Origin: Sedimentisphaerales bacterium
Lineage (GTDB): Bacteria; Planctomycetota; Phycisphaerae; Sedimentisphaerales; SM23-30
Assembly: GCA_963663805.2 (NCBI GenBank)
Contig: CAXXMR010000002.1
Span: 64,001-128,000, forward strand
Direction: 5' to 3'
Length of the DNA stretch: 64,000 nt
Shown here: positions 1 through 11,111 of the stretch, piece by piece
Layout: each line of letters starts with the position of its first letter
How positions within the stretch are numbered: the first letter of the stretch is position 1
Program-made: the position numbers and the translations under genes
The notes under the pieces: model-generated
Seen by the model: the letters and a program-made list of their open reading frames with translations, nothing else
Told to the model about the DNA's origin: nothing
Databases searched by the model: none

Positions 1-829
1 AATCCATCGCGTGCGCCGCGGTCTTTAATAAACCTTCCGGCTCACAGAACAGACCCAGCAGACGAGACTCAAAAGCCGCACGATGATATTGACCTTTAAT
101 CCGCGGCCGGAAAAAGTCAAAAGTAAAATTCAGAACTATCTCGACCCCCAGCACAAACATTATCACTACCAGAACATAAGCGACTATCCGGTCGATACTG
201 CTGTAACGAAAATCCGCCAGCACCAGCCCCACCGCGATAACCACACAGAGTATAGCATTGCCAATCAGATAATTGCCGCCCGCCCGAATCGGCCGCCATA
301 CATCCTGACGGGACATGCCCGAAGCATAACGAGAAAACAGAAAACTCAGCAGCCCCATCGCGATTAGAAATACCGACGACTGTAAAATAACCCCATGCCC
401 TGCCAAAGCCGTAACTTCATCCGCCTTGACCTTGCCGAAAAGCCACACGCTTACCGCCAGCATATAAACCGCTGTCAGAATCGCGAAGATTGGAACCAGA
501 TACTTCTCCAGCCAAACCAGACGACGCTCTGCCAGATGCAGACTGTCTTCAACCGGAGTGCCTTCGAACACCGAAGTGTTCTTGCCCTGACGACGAAGCT
601 TCTGATATGCCTCAGCGTCAAGCCGCTCTTCATCAGCCAGACGACGCTGACGAAACTGCATAAACAACGCCAGCCAGATTGTCGAACCACCCAGAAAATG
701 CCACGCCTCAATCTGTGCCGCCAGTGAATTACTCCACTTGGCCAGCCACAAAGTAAGAACGAAACATACCAGCCCTAACAACAGGGCAACCAAGGAAAGA
801 TTTTCCGCTCGACGAGGAGATAATTTCAT
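1..829 (-). CDS. Polytopic membrane protein, probably the N-terminal part of a planctomycete-type SPFH/HflK-family protein (runs off the left edge)
   Basis: Not in the ORF track because it is incomplete. Manual translation from ATG at 829 is open to the window edge: MKLSPRRAENLSLVALLLGLVCF...DFFRPRIKGQYHRAAFESRLLGLFCEPEGLLKTAAHAMD. Several TM helices. Family call is from recalled resemblance only. Confidence 0.6.
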   Translation of the reverse strand, partial: MKLSPRRAENLSLVALLLGLVCFVLTLWLAKWSNSLAAQIEAWHFLGGSTIWLALFMQFRQRRLADEERLDAEAYQKLRRQGKNTSVFEGTPVEDSLHLAERRLVWLEKYLVPIFAILTAVYMLAVSVWLFGKVKADEVTALAGHGVILQSSVFLIAMGLLSFLFSRYASGMSRQDVWRPIRAGGNYLIGNAILCVVIAVGLVLADFRYSSIDRIVAYVLVVIMFVLGVEIVLNFTFDFFRPRIKGQYHRAAFESRLLGLFCEPEGLLKTAAHAMD

Positions 830-1161
830 TTTTGTCTATGCACCTCATTAAAAGGTCAGCGTTGTCCACCCCCAAACCAGCCCAAGCCAGCCTTGGCCCA
901 ACAACGCAAATCGTAACCAAAAACATCTGTAGTCGTACACCAGGCTACCCCAACGACCCGATTACCAAAGGTCCCATAACACCAGTCGTCACAGCACCTT
1001 CCACAGCGACCGACAAACATAACCGAACATGCCAAAAAATGCAAATACTCTATATCCCCCTACTGTCTTCAGCCACATTTTGTTTGCAAATCCTTTTTTT
1101 TTCGATAATCATTGTATCGGCAGGAAGCGCTTTTTACAAACACCCTGCTCAGGAGTAAAAT

Positions 1162-2142
1162 ATGCCCACAAATCTTTTAGCTATAATTACTAACACCTTC
1201 ACCGAAACGCTCAGGCAGCCCATTTACGCCGTCGTAATCGCTGCCACCATTATATTGCTCGTTTTCAGCCCCTCATTGGCAATGTTTACACTCGACGACG
1301 ACAATCAGCTACTGGAAGATGTTTGTATATCAACACTTATGGTCGCTGGCTTGTTCCTTGCGGTCTTTTCGGCTTCGACCGTCGTCAGTGAGGAAATCGA
1401 AAATAAAACCGCTTTAACCGTAATCTCCAAAACCGTAGGCCGGGGCCGCTTCATAATCGCCAAGTTCCTCGGCCTGACTGCCGCGGTCATTCTGGCTCAA
1501 TACATCCTGGGAATTGTCGTATTAATGGTCGTCAGACACGGGGTTATGCAAGCCGCCTGGAACGAGTCCGACCAGGTTGTCATCTGGTCCGGCAGCATCG
1601 CCGCCATTGCGACACTAATCGTAAGTGTAGGCGGAAACTACTTTTACAGCTGGCGGTTCAGCTCCTCCGCCGTCCTTTTCACCACCATTGCTTTGACCAT
1701 TCTGATTCCCGTACTAATCTTTATTGACCCCCACGGCAAATTCGACCCGGAAAAAATCCACATTACCACCCGCCTCATCGGTCCCATGCTGCTAACCCTC
1801 GCAGCCGTAATCATCCTGACCGCCATCGCTGTTGCTGCTGCCACCAGATTCAATCTGGTAATGACCTTAATCGTTTGTTCGCTGGTGTTTGTGTTGGGTG
1901 CTATGCTTCAGTACTGGCTTTGGCCGGCCGCCACTACCACTAGCGGAATAAAATCATATCTAGCCTGGCTGGGATTGACCGTCATCCCTAATTTTAACGT
2001 ATTTGTAGCAACCAACGCTATTTACGACGAAAAAGCTATCCCCTTTTCCTACGTCGCCCAAACCGCCCTCTATAGCCTCTACTACACCACCGCCGTCCTA
2101 ATGATAGCCATAGCCCTGTTCCGCAGAAGAGAAATAGGCTGA
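1162..2142 (+). CDS. ABC-2 type transporter permease subunit
   Basis: 326 aa, multiple TM helices, motif EEIENKTALTVISKTVGRGRFIIAKFLG, C-terminal FRRREIG; AGGAG RBS upstream. Confidence 0.8.
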   Translation: MPTNLLAIITNTFTETLRQPIYAVVIAATIILLVFSPSLAMFTLDDDNQLLEDVCISTLMVAGLFLAVFSASTVVSEEIENKTALTVISKTVGRGRFIIAKFLGLTAAVILAQYILGIVVLMVVRHGVMQAAWNESDQVVIWSGSIAAIATLIVSVGGNYFYSWRFSSSAVLFTTIALTILIPVLIFIDPHGKFDPEKIHITTRLIGPMLLTLAAVIILTAIAVAAATRFNLVMTLIVCSLVFVLGAMLQYWLWPAATTTSGIKSYLAWLGLTVIPNFNVFVATNAIYDEKAIPFSYVAQTALYSLYYTTAVLMIAIALFRRREIG

Positions 2143-2258
2143 AAAAGCCCTGTTTTTCGGCGCAAAAATGCCTGAATCGACCGAAAAAGACGTGTTTTTT
2201 CAAAAAAAATCAAAAAAAATCGTGTTTTGAATCAGAAAATTTGTGTTTTTTGATCGCC

Positions 2259-2287
2259 TTGACCACTTTACCTGCCTGCCCTATAAT
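2259..2287 (+). promoter_or_regulatory. sigma70-type promoter of thiS-thiG-dinG
   Basis: TTGACC-N17-TATAAT. Confidence 0.75.
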
Positions 2288-2316
2288 GCCCTTTTATATT
2301 TGATGAGAATTAAACA

Positions 2317-2514
2317 ATGCGAATCACTCTCAACGGCAAACCTCGCGAACTCCAAGATGACATTTCTGTCGCGGAGCTGGTAGACTCCCTGAATATTACA
2401 GGCCCGTACGCGGTTGAGCTTAACCGTCAGGTCTGCCCCAAAGCTCAGCATCCTCAGACCAAAATCAACCCGGACGACGTAGTGGAGGTTGTCACCATTG
2501 TGGGCGGCGGATAA
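2317..2514 (+). CDS. thiS: Sulfur carrier protein ThiS
   Basis: 65 aa ubiquitin-like protein ending VGGG; AVELN motif; directly upstream of thiG. Confidence 0.95.
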   Translation: MRITLNGKPRELQDDISVAELVDSLNITGPYAVELNRQVCPKAQHPQTKINPDDVVEVVTIVGGG

Positions 2515-2544
2515 TTTATTAACCAAACAACGAGGAATATACTC

Positions 2545-3333
2545 ATGTCCAATGACAAGCTTAAACTGGGAAAATACGAATTCGACAGCCGGCTCTTTGT
2601 CGGCACTGGTAAATATGAAACATTTGAGATCATGCAGCAGGCTCTGGCCGAGAGCGGCTGCCAGGTCGTTACCGTCGCCGTCCGCCGCGAAAGGCTTTTT
2701 GATAGTCATCAGCGTAACATTCTTGATTTTCTTGATCAGGACAAATACACCCTGTTGCCCAACACCGCCGGATGCTTCAACGCCGAAGATGCCGTCCGCA
2801 CCGCTCGCCTGGGCCGTGAGATGTTAGATATTGACTGGGTAAAACTGGAAGTTCTCGCCGACACCAAAACTCTTTTACCCGACCCTATCGGAACCCTTCA
2901 AGCCGCCGAAACCCTCGTCAGAGATGGTTTCACCGTTCTCGTCTACACCAACGACGACCCCGTCATGGCCGTTCGACTCCAGGATATCGGAGTCACCAGC
3001 GTCATGCCCGCCGCCGCGCCTATCGGCTCAGGCCAGGGCGTACTGAACCCCAACAATATCCGCATCATCCTGGAACGGGCCACCGTACCGATTATCGTTG
3101 ATGCCGGGGTAGGCACCGCCAGCGATGTAACCGTCGCGATGGAACTCGGTGCCGAAGGTGTACTGCTTAACACCGGAATCGCCGGCGCTAAAGACCCTGT
3201 TCGCATGGCCCGTGCCATGAAGCACGCTGTCCAGGCAGGCCGCGACGCTTTTCTATCCGGCAGAATCCCTCGCAAACTTTACGCCACCGCCAGCTCACCT
3301 GTAGATGGTACTATCGGCGCGAATGGAAAATGA
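2545..3333 (+). CDS. thiG: Thiazole synthase ThiG
   Basis: [44 protein letters not shown] motifs. Confidence 0.97.
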   Translation: MSNDKLKLGKYEFDSRLFVGTGKYETFEIMQQALAESGCQVVTVAVRRERLFDSHQRNILDFLDQDKYTLLPNTAGCFNAEDAVRTARLGREMLDIDWVKLEVLADTKTLLPDPIGTLQAAETLVRDGFTVLVYTNDDPVMAVRLQDIGVTSVMPAAAPIGSGQGVLNPNNIRIILERATVPIIVDAGVGTASDVTVAMELGAEGVLLNTGIAGAKDPVRMARAMKHAVQAGRDAFLSGRIPRKLYATASSPVDGTIGANGK

Positions 3334-5344
3334 ACATATAAATCCTTCTGAGTTTCTCGGACCAGATGGCCCGGTCGCTGCGGCCCTGGACCATTATGAG
3401 CCTCGCCCCCAGCAGTTGGAAATGGCTCAGGCGATTTCGAAGGCATTCGAAAACAATCATCATCTCGTCGCCGAGGCCGGGACCGGCACGGGTAAAAGTT
3501 TCGCCTACCTCGTCCCCGCCATCGCCCACGCCGTCAGCCATCGTCGCAAGGTCATCATCTCGACTTACACCATCTCCCTCCAGGAACAGTTAATCAATAA
3601 GGACATCCCCTTCCTGCGTGAACTCTCGCCAGCCCCTTTCACCGCCACCCTGTTCAAGGGGCGCGGTAACTATCTATGCTGGCGTCGTTTGAATCACGCC
3701 ATGCAGCAGGGAGTCCTCCTTTTCGATAATATCGACGATGCCGACAGTCTCGAAAGAATCTCCCAATGGGCCCACAACACTCAGGACGGCACGCTCAGCG
3801 GCATGGAATTCCCGCCCTCATCGACCGTCTGGGAATCTATCGCCTCAAACTCCAGCACCTGCCTGGGCAACCGCTGCGAGAGACATCAAAGCTGCTTCTA
3901 TCAGCTCGCCCGCAAACGCATGTTCGGCAGTGACCTCATTATCGCCAATCACGCTTTGCTGTTTTCTGACCTGGTCGTCCGGCTGCAAGGCGGCAGTATC
4001 CTGCCCCGCTTCGAACTGGTGATACTGGATGAAGCCCACAACGTCGAAGCCGTCGCCGGCAAACACTTTGGCATCCGTGTCAGCAATGCCCAGATAAGCT
4101 ACATGCTCAAACGCCTCTACAATCCCAAATCCGGCAAAGGATTACTGGCGACCTGCGACAATAGCGAAGCCGCCCGCCTGGTCGATAAATTGTATCGCAG
4201 CTCATCAAATTTCTTTCATGACATCATGGACTTCTCCGAACAGCAAAAATCCGACGGCGAAAACTGCCGTATCCGCCAGCCCGACAAATTCACGAACAAT
4301 CTCACTCAGCCGCTAATGGACCTTTCGTTGCAACTGGCCGCCATCGCCCACGACCAGAACAATGAACAAACCGCCGTCGAATTCACCGCCTATCAGCAGC
4401 GTTGCGAATCTTTCGCCTCCGGCATCCACTGCTTCATCCAGCAGAAACTTCCTCAGTCGGTTTACTGGATCGAAACCCAGCGCCGCAAGACCGGGTTCAC
4501 CGCTACCCTGCACGCCGCCCCGCTGCACGTCGGAGCCACGATGAACAAGGTACTCTTTGAACCATGTTCCTCGGTCATTCTTACTAGTGCCACCCTCAGC
4601 ACCGTCGGCAAGGAAAAACACGACTCCGACAAATCAGCGTGCGACGGCTTCAAATTCTTCTGTTCGAGATTAGGTCTGGAGAAATATCATTCACTACAAC
4701 TCGGCTCACCCTTCGACTATCAAAACCAGGTCCGCACCTACATCGAAACCGACATTCCCGAACCCGTCCCCGCCTCGGGCGGATTCCTCGAAGCTGCGGT
4801 CGAAAAAATCAAACATCACCTCACCCAGACTCAGGGCCGCGCTCTTATCCTGTTCACCAGCTTCGGCCAACTGCATCGCATGGCTGATATGCTCCAGGAA
4901 TTCTGTTATGAAAACAATTTTACCTTACTGGAGCAGGGCCGGGAGAAGGGTCGCTCCCAACTGCTCGATGAATTCAGGGAAGACACGCATAGCGTATTAC
5001 TCGGCACCGAAAGTTTCTGGCAAGGCATAGATGTCCCCGGCGAATCACTTGGCAATGTAATTATCGTAAAACTCCCCTTCGCCGTGCCGGACCATCCGCT
5101 CTTACAGGCCCGCCTGGAGCAGATGCGGGAGCAGGGCCAAAACCCCTTCATGGACTATCAGCTCCCCGAAGCCATCCTGAAATTCAAACAGGGCTTCGGC
5201 CGCCTCATCCGCCGCAAAACCGACTGCGGCAGAATCGTAATCCTGGACCCCCGCGTAGTAACCAAACGCTACGGCTCCGCCTTTATCAGAGCCCTGCCAA
5301 CCTGCCCTGTGCATATTCTGCCGGAAACGGATTTCCAAGACTAA
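3323..5344 (+). CDS. dinG: DinG/YoaA-family Fe-S DNA helicase
   Basis: Q motif [24 protein letters not shown] and further Fe-S Cys, [19 protein letters not shown]. Start placed at ATG 3323, overlapping the thiG end (track start 3305). Confidence 0.9.
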   Translation: MENEHINPSEFLGPDGPVAAALDHYEPRPQQLEMAQAISKAFENNHHLVAEAGTGTGKSFAYLVPAIAHAVSHRRKVIISTYTISLQEQLINKDIPFLRELSPAPFTATLFKGRGNYLCWRRLNHAMQQGVLLFDNIDDADSLERISQWAHNTQDGTLSGMEFPPSSTVWESIASNSSTCLGNRCERHQSCFYQLARKRMFGSDLIIANHALLFSDLVVRLQGGSILPRFELVILDEAHNVEAVAGKHFGIRVSNAQISYMLKRLYNPKSGKGLLATCDNSEAARLVDKLYRSSSNFFHDIMDFSEQQKSDGENCRIRQPDKFTNNLTQPLMDLSLQLAAIAHDQNNEQTAVEFTAYQQRCESFASGIHCFIQQKLPQSVYWIETQRRKTGFTATLHAAPLHVGATMNKVLFEPCSSVILTSATLSTVGKEKHDSDKSACDGFKFFCSRLGLEKYHSLQLGSPFDYQNQVRTYIETDIPEPVPASGGFLEAAVEKIKHHLTQTQGRALILFTSFGQLHRMADMLQEFCYENNFTLLEQGREKGRSQLLDEFREDTHSVLLGTESFWQGIDVPGESLGNVIIVKLPFAVPDHPLLQARLEQMREQGQNPFMDYQLPEAILKFKQGFGRLIRRKTDCGRIVILDPRVVTKRYGSAFIRALPTCPVHILPETDFQD

Positions 5345-5425
5345 AAAACGTTGAGTTTTCTGCTTCCATGACTGTATCAGGGTACTTTTGCATCGTTCGG
5401 GAGCCCGAGTTGGACATACAGGCTG

Positions 5426-6814
5426 TTAAGAATTTTTGCAATTCCGAAAATCGAATGATACGGGGAGCGATAACCAAAAGGATTTTTTTGCATAGAAAAA
5501 TGTGCCTGCACAAGCAATTAAACCCAGAATGAAAATGTAAATATAGCAGTTCATATAGTTGATTTTTTCAGGGTTTCCAGAGAACGATGAGATTGTCTGC
5601 AGCGATAAACCCATTAGGTTAGTATTAATAAACTTTACCGACCCCGCCACAATCAGGAACATTGAATTCATATATCCCTTCTTCTCTGGGTCAACCATAT
5701 CGAACAGATAAGGCCAGATTACCAACAGTGCAGTGCGGTCAAAAGTCGAGTCTGCTATGTTAAATCCGATGATAACCGGGACCGACGGGATGCCGTTCGG
5801 AGCGACAAATTTTACATAGAGCCAGAATATCAGAGGATGCAGTGTCGAAAAAATGATACACACTACATAGATTTTGAACTTGTCGATGCGATCAATGAAT
5901 ACTGCCAGCAGCGGTAATATCAACGTGGTGTTAATCAGCATGGTAATGCTGTGCATATTGCCAAACACCTGCTTGGAATAGCCGAACTGTTCAGTTATCA
6001 GTAATGGCCGCAACGACATCAGTTTGGTAGACATCAGCACCGAACTAACTACCAACAATGACATCAGCAGATACTGCCTGTTAGTGAACAACATCTTAAA
6101 ATATTTCGGCAGAGATATTTTTGGTATTTTCTTTGCGGTAATAGTGCCCGGTTCCTTGATAAAAAGTAAAATCATAGCCAGTGAAATTATGACCAGGACC
6201 GCTGCGGAAAAATAGATTATCTGTTCGCCGGAAAACGATGCCCATCGGTTAGCGGTCAGAGCTGACGACGCTTTTTTGAAATCTATCTGATGGTCAAATT
6301 GACCTATTAGAAAGAACATGAATATAAACCGGGCGGCAATTGACGCATAACGATTGATAACCATGCCGCGGCCTCGCTGGCTCTTGGGCACTATGTCAAA
6401 ATAGAGCGGCTTCCACGGCCCGGTGTAACCTAAATCGACTGAAAACTGATATATTATGATCCAGAATATCAGCACCGCAAAGCTCGTCACTCCGGGAATG
6501 AACAAGAGCGAAATAGCCAGCGGTATAAAACCTGCTGCGATCAGCGTTTTTCTTCTGCCCAGCCAGGTTTGGATGTTATCGCTTTTATACGCCGCCCAAG
6601 GGGCGATGATAATCGCGAACAGACTGCTTATGCTGGTTAAAAAAAGTATCCAGGCGGGGCTGTCGATATGCTTTTTCAGCGTGAAGGTCAGGGCAGTGCC
6701 GCTGCATTTTTCGACAAAGGCCAGAGTCGCTACCGGGATGCTCAGCAGAAACAGGTATCGCCAGGAGATTTTCTTTGGTTCGTTTACTGCCGGAGCCATG
6801 GAGATATTTTCCAA
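5426..6814 (-). CDS. MFS transporter (GPH/sugar-like)
   Basis: About 12 TM helices, motif SDNIQTWLGRRK. Start is TTG 6814 or ATG 6799. Confidence 0.85.
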   Translation of the reverse strand: MENISMAPAVNEPKKISWRYLFLLSIPVATLAFVEKCSGTALTFTLKKHIDSPAWILFLTSISSLFAIIIAPWAAYKSDNIQTWLGRRKTLIAAGFIPLAISLLFIPGVTSFAVLIFWIIIYQFSVDLGYTGPWKPLYFDIVPKSQRGRGMVINRYASIAARFIFMFFLIGQFDHQIDFKKASSALTANRWASFSGEQIIYFSAAVLVIISLAMILLFIKEPGTITAKKIPKISLPKYFKMLFTNRQYLLMSLLVVSSVLMSTKLMSLRPLLITEQFGYSKQVFGNMHSITMLINTTLILPLLAVFIDRIDKFKIYVVCIIFSTLHPLIFWLYVKFVAPNGIPSVPVIIGFNIADSTFDRTALLVIWPYLFDMVDPEKKGYMNSMFLIVAGSVKFINTNLMGLSLQTISSFSGNPEKINYMNCYIYIFILGLIACAGTFFYAKKSFWLSLPVSFDFRNCKNS

Positions 6815-6824
6815 TAGTCAGGTG

Positions 6825-7754
6825 TTACCAGTACTTTGCAAATTCCACGAAGTCGAGCAGATTAACAGTTCCATCACCACCCAGCGGTGCGATGTCGGCA
6901 GTGAGTTCTGCGCCGACTGCCAGCCAGTTTTCCGCGAGATAACAGAAATCACCCATATCAAGTTCACCATTCTGATTGAAATCGATACGGCTAAGCGACA
7001 ATAACGCTTCTATTTCGAGTATCGGGCCGGTATCACGATATGAGACAACGCCGCTGGAATTAAGCTGGACATAAGCTCTGATATTAAAACATACATCACT
7101 ATCTGCCGATGGACCCAGCATCAACGTTATGGTTTGACCGCTGCTCAGCGCATTCAACATGGAGTTGAAGTTGGGATTAGCCGTGTCTAACTCAAAGTGG
7201 AACCAGTTTTCACCGTCATAATAAGAGTAATAGGCATCATAGTATAGCGTTTCCAGATATACCGGCGGATTCAGATTCAGTAATGAAGCCAGAGAGTTGT
7301 ATGTCACCCCGACAGTCGCGTCGGCTGGTGTTTTCGCCGTGCCATAGCCCTGCTGCCAGTCGCTGCTTATCCAGTACAGGTCGAAACTGCCGGGTCCGCC
7401 CAGGTAATTAAACATATTTGCTGCGGATTGATTTCCGTTAGTTATTGCCAGATTCAGTGCCAGTTGGGTAATTGTTGTATCAGCACAAATTTCACCATCG
7501 AATTTGAGCAAGGTAATGAACTCACCTTTGGGCTGATGGTCAATTCCTTCGATCGGGTCGTAGGCCTGCGCTGTGGCTGACGAAACACACAACGATCCTG
7601 AACCACCGAAATTCTGGTCGTCACCGCTGGGCCGCGGCGAGGCCTGTCCCGGCTCTAGTACGAATCCATTGTTCAAGGGACGAAGTGTACCGTTCGAGGC
7701 AAAGGCAGCAGAACTAATCAGCAATGATATCAGGATTGTGCGGAAGTTTTTCAT
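6825..7754 (-). CDS. Secreted protein with C-terminal dockerin-like EF-hand repeat
   Basis: Signal peptide (SSAAFA). C-terminal DFNQNGELDMGDF...LAENWL...ADIAPLGGDGTVNLLDF...W. N-terminal region (NFGGSGSLCVS, LLKFD) loosely resembles DNRLRE-type domains. Confidence 0.7.
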   Translation of the reverse strand: MKNFRTILISLLISSAAFASNGTLRPLNNGFVLEPGQASPRPSGDDQNFGGSGSLCVSSATAQAYDPIEGIDHQPKGEFITLLKFDGEICADTTITQLALNLAITNGNQSAANMFNYLGGPGSFDLYWISSDWQQGYGTAKTPADATVGVTYNSLASLLNLNPPVYLETLYYDAYYSYYDGENWFHFELDTANPNFNSMLNALSSGQTITLMLGPSADSDVCFNIRAYVQLNSSGVVSYRDTGPILEIEALLSLSRIDFNQNGELDMGDFCYLAENWLAVGAELTADIAPLGGDGTVNLLDFVEFAKYW

Positions 7755-7756
7755 TT

Positions 7757-8752
7757 TTAGTTTCCTGTCAGTAAGGCCAAGACATAGTTGTTTCCATTAA
7801 GACTATACACTTTTTGCCCCCACTCGAAGCAGCTTGTTTTGATCGTGTCATAAATAGTTTTCGATTCCACATGTCCGTCAAGATAAAAGAAGTTACTTTG
7901 TTTCAAGTTTTTACTATTTTTTTTGCCTTGATGGTTCCTGCCTACCCAGTCGAGCCGGGCAGGATATTTTCGGTATTGAGTTGGGTTGTTAGCAAGATCG
8001 TAAGCGTTTATGCGTCGGAAAGAGCCGGTTCTGCCGCAAGGCGTCGAAGTCGCTTCCGGAGCCATATTCAGGTCGTATCGTTTTGAGGCTTCCACTTTAC
8101 CCAGCGTTCTGAATCCGTGTATCGGCAGATAACTTTGGGAATTACTCGAGTCCGGGCCTGCGATAATTCGCCAGTCGCGAGCCCATTCCGTCAGCAGTAT
8201 GGTGCTATCCTGGCGTTTAACCATTGATGTTTTGACAAGCCTGGAAGTTCTGGCAGCGCCTTCAAAATTTAGTTCAAACCGGTTTCGGGGCGACAATGCT
8301 TCATTAACCGTATAAGCGCAGCGTTGGCTCTGGTAATCTATAACACCGGGATTGGAAAGTTCCTGGCCGGGGTCAAGATTGTCCGGCTCGGTGTTTTGCG
8401 GAGCTAAACCGCCCTGGTTAAATTCCGGACAGTGAAGAACATCCTCATCAATATAGTTATCATCGACAAAAATTCCTGACCAGTGGTGGATACCATTTGC
8501 CTGGGATGAAGACTGAGTTGCGAAATCACTGCCTTCCATATAAGTATAAGCCGGCGGTAGCAGGTCGTTGTTCGACTGGGCAAAAATCATAAACGTAATA
8601 CCGGTCGCGCGGAGATTGCTCTGGCATTTAATAGATTTAGCGTAGATTCGGGCCTGATTCAATGCCGGCAGCAGTATTGCCATGAGAACAGCAATCAGAG
8701 CGATGGTTGTCAGAAGTTCCACTAAGGTAAAGGCATAGGCTGAGCGGTTCAT
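7757..8752 (-). CDS. Prepilin-type N-terminal cleavage protein with H-X9-DG C-terminal motif (DUF1559-like pseudopilin)
   Basis: AFTLVELLTTIALIAVLMAILLPALNQAR...CQSNLR; C-terminal RNH...SNFFYLDGHV. Confidence 0.9.
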   Translation of the reverse strand: MNRSAYAFTLVELLTTIALIAVLMAILLPALNQARIYAKSIKCQSNLRATGITFMIFAQSNNDLLPPAYTYMEGSDFATQSSSQANGIHHWSGIFVDDNYIDEDVLHCPEFNQGGLAPQNTEPDNLDPGQELSNPGVIDYQSQRCAYTVNEALSPRNRFELNFEGAARTSRLVKTSMVKRQDSTILLTEWARDWRIIAGPDSSNSQSYLPIHGFRTLGKVEASKRYDLNMAPEATSTPCGRTGSFRRINAYDLANNPTQYRKYPARLDWVGRNHQGKKNSKNLKQSNFFYLDGHVESKTIYDTIKTSCFEWGQKVYSLNGNNYVLALLTGN

Positions 8753-8837
8753 GGTATTACTTTTCCAGCGTAAAACAGTGTTCCATTATTTGTAAATCAC
8801 ATTGGCAGGCATATCACTTGGCACCCACTTCCTTCTC

Positions 8838-8854
8838 TGCAATTCATGTGCCGA
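8838..8854 (-). promoter_or_regulatory. sigma54 (-24/-12) promoter of the prepilin-dockerin-MFS operon
   Basis: Minus strand reads TCGGCAC-ATGAA-TTGCA (GG-N10-GC), about 85 bp upstream of ATG 8752. Confidence 0.75.
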
Positions 8855-9241
8855 ATAAGAACACAAACATACAAAAAAATAAAACCCGCCAGAAAAAATG
8901 ACAAATTGTCTGATTAACAACGGTTTTCGTTGAATTCTCTGAAGATAAAATGTTTATAAACAGGATATTCGCATTATCTGTCAACCGGCAGTATTTGTCG
9001 CAAAAGACAGCTTCCTGGGAATATTCAGCAAATTCCTGTTTGTAACTGTATTTCTAAAAAAGTGTTACATTTGCGCGACAATTTGTGTCACAAAAAAAAC
9101 TCTGGGGAAATAATTGTCGCTAAATTACATGCTCTTTTCCTCTTCATAATCGATTTCGGCTGAAAAGAAACTTTTCCTGATATACAATTGAAAATCTTTG
9201 GTCTTGGACAGTACCGTTGAATGTCAATTATTTTGGGAAGA

Positions 9242-10251
<1,010 letters not shown>

Positions 10252-10304
10252 CAAGACCGTTCAAACAGTATGCAGGACAAATCCAGGAATAAAGGAAGTT
10301 ATTT

Positions 10305-10628
10305 ATGATAATGGTAAGAGCGATAATCAGGCCCGAAAAGACCAACGAAGTTTTAGCAGCCTTGATGTATGCCGGTTTTCCGGCGGTAACCAAGATGGAC
10401 GTTTATGGACGCGGCAAGCAGCGCGGAATGAAAATCGGCGAGGTAACTTACGACGAACTTCCCAAGGAAATGATTATTACCGTAATAGAAGATGGTGACA
10501 AAGACTTCGTAATCGAAACCATTTTGAAATCTGCCCGGAGCGGCTCGAAGGGAGCTTTCGGCGACGGCAAAATATTTGTAAGTCCCGTGGATGAGGTTTA
10601 CACCGTTAGCAGCGGCCAGAAATCGTAA
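10305..10628 (+). CDS. nifI1: PII-family nitrogenase regulator NifI1
   Basis: AIIRPEK, GRGKQRG, YDELPKE, GAFGDGKIFV; lies between nifH and nifD. Confidence 0.92.
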   Translation: MIMVRAIIRPEKTNEVLAALMYAGFPAVTKMDVYGRGKQRGMKIGEVTYDELPKEMIITVIEDGDKDFVIETILKSARSGSKGAFGDGKIFVSPVDEVYTVSSGQKS

Positions 10629-10660
10629 CGTAAGCATTTAAGCTTATCAGGAGATTCATC

Positions 10661-11044
10661 ATGAAAGAAATAATGGCAGTTATCCGCATGGACAAGATGA
10701 ACGTTACCAAACGTGCACTCGGTGAAGCGGGTATTTCTTCAATTACCGCTCGCAAAGTGATCGGGCGAGGTCAGGGCAAAGTTGACTATCTACTGCTCAA
10801 GGGTGCTCAGGAAGGCTATGACGAAGCCATAAACCAACTGAGTCCCGGCCCCAAGATGCTGCCCAAACGACTTATTACGATTGTGGTCCCGGATGCTCAG
10901 GTGCCCCTGACGGTCAAAACCATAATTGATGTTAATCAGACGGGAGCGCCCGGGGACGGCAAGATATTTGTACTGCCGACATCCGATGCCGTAAGAATCA
11001 GAACCGCTGAAACCGGCGATGTCGCTCTTGACGATTTCAAGTAG
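10661..11044 (+). CDS. nifI2: PII-family nitrogenase regulator NifI2
   Basis: MKEIMAVIR, extended T-loop, PKRL, NQTGAPGDGKIFV. Confidence 0.92.
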   Translation: MKEIMAVIRMDKMNVTKRALGEAGISSITARKVIGRGQGKVDYLLLKGAQEGYDEAINQLSPGPKMLPKRLITIVVPDAQVPLTVKTIIDVNQTGAPGDGKIFVLPTSDAVRIRTAETGDVALDDFK

Positions 11045-11111
11045 CCTCAAATCTGAATAGCCCCAATCCGGCAAGCGAAAATTGTCGGCAATGTATAGAG
11101 AGGTTTTACCC

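Noticed and set aside
830..1160. Small ORFs or ncRNA in the divergent intergenic region
   Set aside because: No recognisable motif or convincing structure; the ORFs look like products of strand skew
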